Positions 57,059 through 64,000 of a stretch of 64,000 nucleotides of DNA are shown here, piece by piece. The stretch is from the NCBI RefSeq assembly GCF_963921235.1, contig NC_086097.1:28956001-29020000 (forward strand), written 5' to 3'. Source of the stretch: Mobula hypostoma (Eukaryota). The translations under genes were made by a program, and so were the position numbers. Positions within the stretch are counted from its first letter, which is position 1. The number at the start of each line of letters is the position of its first letter. The notes under the pieces are model-generated. The model made no database searches, was not told where the DNA came from, and saw only the letters and a list, made by a program, of their open reading frames with translations.

Positions 57059-57620
57059 CCTGGTTCGGAAATTGCACCATCTCGGATCGCAAGACCCTGC
57101 AGCGGATAGTGAGGTCAGCTGAGAAGATCATCGGGGTCTCTCTTCCCGCCATTACAGACATTTACACCACACGCTGCATCTGCAAAGCAAACAGCATTAT
57201 GAAGGACCCGACGCACCCCTCATATAAACCCTTCTCCCTCCTGCCATCTGGAAAAAGGCACCGAAGAATTCGGGCTCGCATGACCAGACTATGTAACAGT
57301 TTCTTCCCCCAAGCCATCAGACCCCTCAGTACCCACAGCCTGGCTCGACACCACCCTACTATACCCTCTACTGTGCCTATTGTCTTGTTTATTATTTATT
57401 ATTATTTATTGTAATGCCTGCACTGTTTTGTGCACTTTATGCAGTCCTGGATAGGTCTGTAGTCTAGTGTAGTTTTTGTGTTTTTTCTTATGTAGTTTAA
57501 TGTAGTTTTTGTATTGTTCATGTAGCACCATGGTTCTGGAAAAAGTTGTCTCATGTTTAATATGTTCTGTACCAGCAGTTATGGTTGAAATGACAATAAA
57601 AAGTGACTTGACTTGACTTG
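57059..57620 (+). mobile_element. Rex1/Babar-like 3' end inserted in the Gypsy 3' LTR
   Basis: RSAEKIIGVSLP...KDPTHPSYKPFSLLPSGKR...NSFFPQAIR; (ACTTG)n tail. Confidence 0.8.
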
Positions 57621-60329
57621 TTGAGTCATGATCAAAGCACAGCAATTCCTGCACTCCCTACTTATCTTAGCCCTTGTTCTGGGAAAAAGACTGCAGCTCC
57701 AATTGATACTGTAAAGGAGCAGAATTAATTTAGTATTAAGCTACTGCTTCTGAACCACAATATCGGCAATTGCTTTAGTTTGAGAGTTTTAGTTAGTGGT
57801 CCTGTTGGCCTAGCATTGTTTAATTTTCCTTTCGTTCTACAAAGTTCTTAGTAAAATTCGGTGAACTGTTTAATATCTCCCTCCCTCCCATCTTTATGTT
57901 ATGTTCCCATCTAAATGTGCAATTTATAATAAATATTATGTACAACAGGATAGTTAATATAATATAGAAACACAATTGTGTCAGCATGAATTAATCAGTC
58001 TGATGGCCTGGTGAAGAAGCTGTCCGGGAGCCTGTTGGTCCTGGCTTTTATGCTGCGGTACCATTTCCCGGAGAATGACAGCTGGAACAGTTTGCGGTTG
58101 GGGTGACTCGGGTCCCCAATGATCCTTCAGGCCCTCTTTACACACCTGTCTTTGTAAATGTCCTGAATAGTGGGAAGTTCACATCTACAGATGCACTGGG
58201 CTGTTCGCACCACTCTCTGCAGAGTGCTGTGATTGAGGGAAATACAGTTCCCATACCAGGCAGTGATGCAGCCAGTCAGGATGCTCCCAATTGTGCCCCT
58301 GTAGAAAGTTCTTAGGATTTGGGGGCCCATATCAAACTTCCTCAACCGTCTGAGGTGAAAGAGCTTTTTTTTTAATGTACAAACCACATTAGATCCTTGG
58401 TGATGTGTATGCCGAGGAACTTCACCCTCTCAACCCCAGATCCATTAATGTCAATAGGGGTTAGCCTGTCTCCATTCCTCCTGCAGTCCACACATCGCTG
58501 TCAGTATCTGCCTCTACCACCACCTTTGGTAGGGCATTCCTTCTGAGTCAGGAACCTACTTCTGACACTCCTCCTATACTTTTCCCCCAAATACTTTAAA
58601 GTCATGCCCTCCCCCTTGTGTTAGACATTTCTGCCTTGGGAGAAAGTCTGACTATCCACTCTCTCTATACCTCTTATCATCTTGTACACCTCTATCCATT
58701 AGTCAAAATGCTGCTGAGTCCACACCTGGTGCATTGCTTCCACTTCAGGTTACCTTGTCTATAAGCCAAAAAGAGTGCAAAAAAAAAGTTTCACAAGAAT
58801 GTTGCCAGGACTCAAAAGCCCGAGTTATACAAAGGGGTAGGTAAGCAAGAGCTTTACTGACTGTATTATGGTGTTGGGCAGAAGCTAAAAGCATTTGCCA
58901 TGATTATCCAGGTTTATTGATGGCTCTGTCTGTATCTCCTCCATCCAGCTGGTGTGGTTGGAATGTTCATTTTCCATATAAAGTCACAGGTAACACAAAA
59001 GAGAAGGCCCTTCAGCCCACTGAGTGTGTGCTAACTCTCATCCACCCATTTACGCTTTGATCACTTTGCACTGAAATAGACTTAGTTTTTTGCTCTAATT
59101 GTTTTTTTTTGTAAAAATTATTTAGTTTGTGTTTTTCTTGTGGACGCAGCTTGTATGACGCTATATGTTGCAAGTAAGATATTTCATTGTACAGCAATAA
59201 GCTCAACTTTTACTAAACCCAAAATCAATCCCATTTCATTCCCCTCAACTCCCCCCAGCTTCTGACACTTGCGGGGACAATTTACAACAGCCAATTAACT
59301 CACCAACATTTTTTTGGACTTCACTATATTTCATCCGGAGTTTGAAGAAATTTGGTGTGAACTAGAGTGGATAACTTCACTCACCAAAACATTGAATTGA
59401 TTCCACGACTTATGGACCTGTTTTCAAGGACTCTACAGCTCACGTTCTCAGTGTTATTAATTATTTGTGTTTTTTGTACTTGCACAGTTTGTCTTTTGCA
59501 CATTGATCGTTTGTTCGTCCTTGTTTGTGTAGTATTTCATTGATCTCTCTGTTCTGTTATGAATAGCTGAAAGAAACTGAATCTCTGCGTTGCGTTTACT
59601 ACTACAGTAATAAATTTACTTTGGACTTTGTTACTGCCACCCGATGAGTGAACAGTCCGGCACACAGTGTCCTTACATCACAGTCTGTGAACTCCAGGAA
59701 TTGTTTGTACGTCGTGAGCTCACCTGATGTCGGCAAGCTTCTTTAAAGCTCAAGTAAACATGACTGCAGTGTGCTAAGCTCTGAATTCTCCAGAGATTGT
59801 TCCACAAGGGCACTTTGAGTCCCTGTTTATGTAGATAAGGACAGGTAACATTAGGTGGAAATGTGCAATTGTTGCAATCATTGGGATACGTTTAGAAGGG
59901 CTGGACTAGTCACTCAACATTTCAGGGTTTATACTCTGTGGCACGATGGGGTGGGGGTGTCAAAGAGGAGGGGGCATTACATTATTGCTCGAAGAGACCA
60001 TCGCTACAGAAATGAGGGAGGATGTCTAAGAAGGCTTTTCAAATGCCTATTCGCGTAATAAAGGCGCCACAGTAGCCCGGCGGTTAGCCTGACACCGGTG
60101 CAACTTGTGGCTTTGGAGTTCAGAGTTCAGAGTTCAATTCTGGCACCTCCTGTAAGTTTGTACGCTGTCCCGGTGACTGTGTGGATTTCCTCCGGGTGCT
60201 CCCGCAGTCCAAAGGCGTGCTGGTTATTAGGTTAATCGTCCTGCTGGGCGCTGTGGCTCATAGTGCCAGAAGGGCCTGTTTTGCGCTGTGTCTCTGAATA
60301 AAATTGAATGGGTTTTTAGGATAAAACGG

Positions 60330-61005
60330 AGCACTTTGATGGGTTTATATAACAGGCCCCCTAACAATCAGTGGGAGATAAAAATGTAGAGAAGTCACAG
60401 GGATGAGTAAGAGGAATAGAGTTTTAGCAGTAAAGAATTCACTTTCCCTAATATTGTTTTAGTCTGAAAGGATTAGATGGGGTGGACTTTTTAAGGTGCA
60501 TTCTTAGCAGCGTGGAGGAATTGGTGAGGCCTGGTATTGTGTGCGACTCTGGTCACCTACCTAAAGGAATGGTTGAAAGTGTACAGAGAAAAGTTATAAG
60601 GATGTTGCTGAGACTTGAGGACCTGAATTAATTGGGTTAGGACTTCATTCCCTGGAGCGTAGGAGAATGAGGGGAGATTTGATAAAGGTACACAACATTA
60701 TGAGGGGTGTAGATAGGGTAATTGCAAGTATGCTTTTTCCACTGAGGTTGGGTGAGACTGGAATCAGAGGTCATAGGTTAAGGGTGCAAGGTGAAATGTT
60801 TGAGGGGAACATGATGAGGGTGGTGCAAGTGTGGATCAAGCTATCAGTGGAATTGGTGGATGCAGTTCCATTTCAACATTGGAGAAATTTGGATAAGTAC
60901 TTAGGAGGTATGGAGGACTATGGTCCAGGTGCAGGCCGATGGGAATAGTTTGGCATGGCCTAGAAGGGCTGAAGGGCCTATTCCTGTGCTGTGGTGCCCT
61001 ATGAC
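60330..61005 (+). mobile_element. Old CR1 fragments
   Basis: MRGDLIKVHNIMRGVDRV motif and CR1-type 3' end. Confidence 0.7.
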
Positions 61006-61915
61006 TAATTTTCTTGTGAATGTTGTGTCCCTGATGCTCTCTGCCTGTGACGCTGCTGCGAGTAAGCTTTCCATTGCATCGGGTAGTAAACTCGACTTTG
61101 AGATGTGCCAAATGTGGTACAGCAGCAAGACTAAGCCAGGAAATCATGTAGTTGGAAATTACTAGACAAAAAAAATCTTCAGGACAGGATTGACATGCTC
61201 TCAAAAAGGCAGAGATTGAGCCGGGTTAATCAGAATGGATTTAGTTACAGAGACAAAGACTCTGAGAAGTGCGTGTTACACTTGATATCATTCGGTTCCC
61301 ACCTATTATTACTGGGGCTATATGCAGCCCTTCCAAATTGAATTGGTGTCTTGCAGAATATGATACAATCTTGCGATTAACAAAATGCCAATATGATTTA
61401 TTCTGGGGAAATTTGGAGTTTGTATCATGCAATAAGAAAAAGGAAACACCATATCATTGAATTTCTGGGTTCGGTATTTCTATATACTACACTCCGCTCC
61501 ACGATAACCCGGGACATCTCGCAGCGGGAAGCCCAAGCACTAGGACTGCCTCGTCCCGTGGTTCCCCGCGCCGTGTCGATACCACCCGCCCGGGATCACC
61601 CAGGATTCCCCCATTCTGAGAACCCCCGAGACACCACACACCTGCTTCACTTCGGAATTGCCCTTCCCTCCAACTCCGGGATCTCTCTTCCCCCACCCCC
61701 AGGTCAAACTCCAGGAGTGCCCCCTCCAATTCCAGGAGCTCTCCTACCCCCACCCGCTCAAACTCGTGTTCACCCCCAAACTCCGGAATCACCCCCCCCC
61801 CCGCGCGCACACACACACTGGAAATATCCCAAATTAGTACAGCTCCAGCATCGCCCGTCCTTCCACTCGGCGATCTCTCTCCCCTCCCAAACTGCTGAGC
61901 TCGCCCCTCCCTCCG

Positions 61916-62094
61916 CACTCCGGGATCACCCCCACCACACACACACACACACAAACACAACTCCGGGATCACACCGCCACACACACACACACAACTCCGG
62001 GATCACACGACCACACACACACACACACAAACACAACTCCGGAATCACACCGCCACACACACACACACACACACACAACTCCGGGATCACACCG

Positions 62095-62128
<34 letters not shown>

Positions 62129-62150
62129 CCACCCCTCCGGGATCACACCG
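61916..62150 (+). repeat. Compound tandem array: ACTCCGG(G/A)ATCAC units separated by (CA)n tracts
   Basis: Six units near 61916, 61958, 61992, 62033, 62076 and 62134; degenerate units further upstream at 61590-61795. Confidence 0.9.
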
Positions 62151-62209
62151 TCGTGCCCGTCGCGTCGACCAACAAAGCGGCGGCCGCGGCGCATGCTCGG
62201 TGCGGCGGC

Positions 62210-62273
62210 ATGGTGGGCTCCTTGCTGTGTTATGTGTTGGCGCCGCTCGCCACTCTCCTCAGCCGGATCACAG
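62210..62273 (+). CDS. ANGEL1: ANGEL1-like first coding exon (MVGSLLCYVLAPLATLLSRIT-G)
   Basis: Strong Kozak context ggcATGG, 64 nt, ACAG|GTGGGT donor. Peptide resembles the recalled human ANGEL1 N-terminus MIASCLCYLLLPATRLFRALS-D. Divergent orientation to LRRC74A matches the human gene order as recalled. Confidence 0.75.
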
Positions 62274-63306
62274 GTGGGTGGCGGCTGGGGCCGGGACCGG
62301 GATCGCTCTGCGAGCGGGAGGGTGGCTGACGGACCTGGCAACTCCGGCTGGGTGTGACTCTCTCCGCTTCCAGCTCTGTTTTCGGCCGCCCGGGCCAGTT
62401 GCCCCGTGCGCCGTTTGGGTTGAGGCCTGGCCTCGGGGTATCCCGGGATCTTATCCCCTCCCTCCCTCCCTCCCTCCCCACTCCTTTCACCATCACCGAC
62501 TACGTCCCCGTCACCGTCCCGCCTTCCATCTCCCGGTTCCCTTGGTCCCCTTCCCCCCCGACCTTTTCAAATCCTCTGCCCTGCCTCCTCACACTCCTCA
62601 TCCTTACCCCCGCACCCTCCTCACCCCACACCCCCCTCACTTCCTCACCCAGCTCACTCCTATCGCTCCCGAACCCCCTTATTTTTCACGGAAGTTAACA
62701 AAAGGTGCAGAAATGGAGAGAAATTGCCAAGTAATGGGAAAAAATAATGTAAACACGAGGAATTCTGTAGATAATGTTATCGTTTGTATCGGGATATGTC
62801 TGCAAAAGTAGATAGGTTAAACTTTAACTTGTGAAAACACATCTGGAGTGTTATGTACAGTATTGACATTCTTATTAAAGATGTTCTTATGAAAAGGTGG
62901 ATTAGTGATCTCAGTGTACCTCAGTCTGGGATTGCTCCTTATTGTCTACCTGTACTGCACCTTATTCTGCATTTTGATACTGTTTTCTTGTGTGTTACCT
63001 CAATGCACTTTGGAATGCCATGATCTGTATGTATGGCATGTTTTTCCCTGTATCTCTGTACATGTAACAATAATAAATCTACCAGTTTGCCGATTTTACC
63101 AACTTAATTGCTATTGGTTTATTACAGAGATACAGCGAAACGTTTTTGTTTGTGTGCCATGCATTCGGATTATGCTCTATACTATACACAAAATGTTGGA
63201 GAAACTCAGCAAGTCAAGCAGCATCTATGGAGAGAAATGTGTTTCAGGCTGAGACCCTTCATCAGGACCCCTGATGAAGGGTCTCAGCCTGAAAGGTCAA
63301 CTATTT

Positions 63307-63342
63307 AGTCCTGACGAAGGGTCTCGGCCTGAAACGTCGACT
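63307..63342 (+). ncRNA. Intact minimal hammerhead motif in ANGEL1-like intron 1
   Basis: AGTCCTGACGAAGGGTCTCGGCCTGAAACGTCGACT, preceded by two further degenerate cores at 63238-63302. Confidence 0.8.
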
Positions 63343-64000
63343 GCGCCTCTTCCTATAGATGCTGCTTGGCCTGCTGCGTTCACCAGCAACTTTGATGTAT
63401 GTTATTTCCTCCTTAGATTGATTTGCTGAGTTCCTCCAGCATTTTGTGTGTATTGCTCAGATTTGCAGCTTCTGTGTTTAAGATCATTCCTTATGTAAGT
63501 ACATTGAGGTAGCAAAATGAAAAACAGCGTGCAGGAACAGCTGTAGCTACAGGAAAAAGTGCAGTGCAGGTAAAGAGTGCAAAGGCCGTGACAAGGTAGA
63601 TTGGGGGTTCAAAGTGCTAATGCAGGTACAGTACAGCAAGCAAGTAGGAAAACCTGCAGAATGTTATCCACTGTATTCAGAAGATTTGCAAAGTTAGAGA
63701 GGTTATACTTGCTTCAGGTACTGGTAAGAACATATCTTGAGTACTTTGTTCAGTTTGATCCTATTTAAGGAAGTGTGTATATGTGTTGGAAGCAGTTCCA
63801 AGATGTTTTACTGCACTAAATCCTGGAATGTATAAAGAGTCATAGAGCACTACAGCACAAAAACAGGCCCTTCGACTCATCTAATCCATGCTGAGTTCTA
63901 CCTAGTCCCATTAATCTGTACCTGGGCCATAGCCCTCCCATCCATGTACTTATCTAAACTTCTCTTAAATGTTGCAGTCAAATCTGCATATACCACTTCC

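Larger units (their letters stand above)
49050..57880 (+). mobile_element. Degenerate Gypsy chromovirus-like LTR retrotransposon with multiple nested insertions
   Basis: Similar LTR-like blocks at 49060-49405 and 56910-57870. gag MDP start at 50765. Protease FIDSGAAGNLMD. RT PPHHPYDCSIDL...MPFGLANAPAVFQ...YLDNVLIYS. RNase H and integrase remnants (SVDFIT, VVMDWFSKAARF). Chromodomain-like VYTVWHLL...VQYLVRW. Confidence 0.85.
61490..62560. promoter_or_regulatory. CpG-island promoter of ANGEL1-like gene, possibly bidirectional
   Basis: GC- and CpG-rich block in otherwise CpG-poor DNA. NRF1-like GCGCATGC near 62189. Surrounds the first coding exon. Confidence 0.75.

Noticed and set aside
61916..62150. 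CRISPR-like repeat-spacer appearance
   Set aside because: Spacers are (CA)n microsatellite, the repeat is only about 13-18 bp, there are no cas genes and the context is vertebrate.
61393..62811. 472-aa ORF, the longest in the window
   Set aside because: Low-complexity Pro/His/Thr translation of a GC-rich promoter and (CA)n array. The likely real exon (62210-62273) is in another frame and ends at a splice donor.

Overview
Repeat-dense vertebrate genomic DNA. The CR1, Penelope and Rex1 repeat mix and the gene style suggest a cartilaginous fish, probably a ray (inference). Two host genes face away from each other. On the minus strand are three phase-compatible coding exons of an LRRC74A-like gene (14646-14766, 14024-14196, 7702-7809), plus several weaker candidate upstream exons. 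On the plus strand is the first coding exon of an ANGEL1-like gene (62210-62273), in a CpG-rich promoter that carries a compound (CA)n/ACTCCGGGATCAC array. Most of the remaining sequence is nested transposable-element debris: CR1, Rex1/Babar, RTE and L1 LINE fragments, two divergent chromodomain Gypsy relics, and Tigger, Tc1 and mariner elements. Most listed ORFs are TE fragments or noise. Three signals stand out. (1) A Penelope-derived repeat family carries a minimal type-I hammerhead ribozyme (AGTC-CTGACGA-AGGGTCTCGGCCT-GAAAC-GTC^GACT) in about ten copies, including inverted, back-to-back and tandem arrangements inside both genes. (2) A Tc1 element closely resembles salmonid Sleeping Beauty, and its left end has been replaced by an inverted copy of the right end. 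(3) A mariner fold-back MITE is built on the same two-right-ends plan. No tools were run; family calls come from motif recognition by eye.
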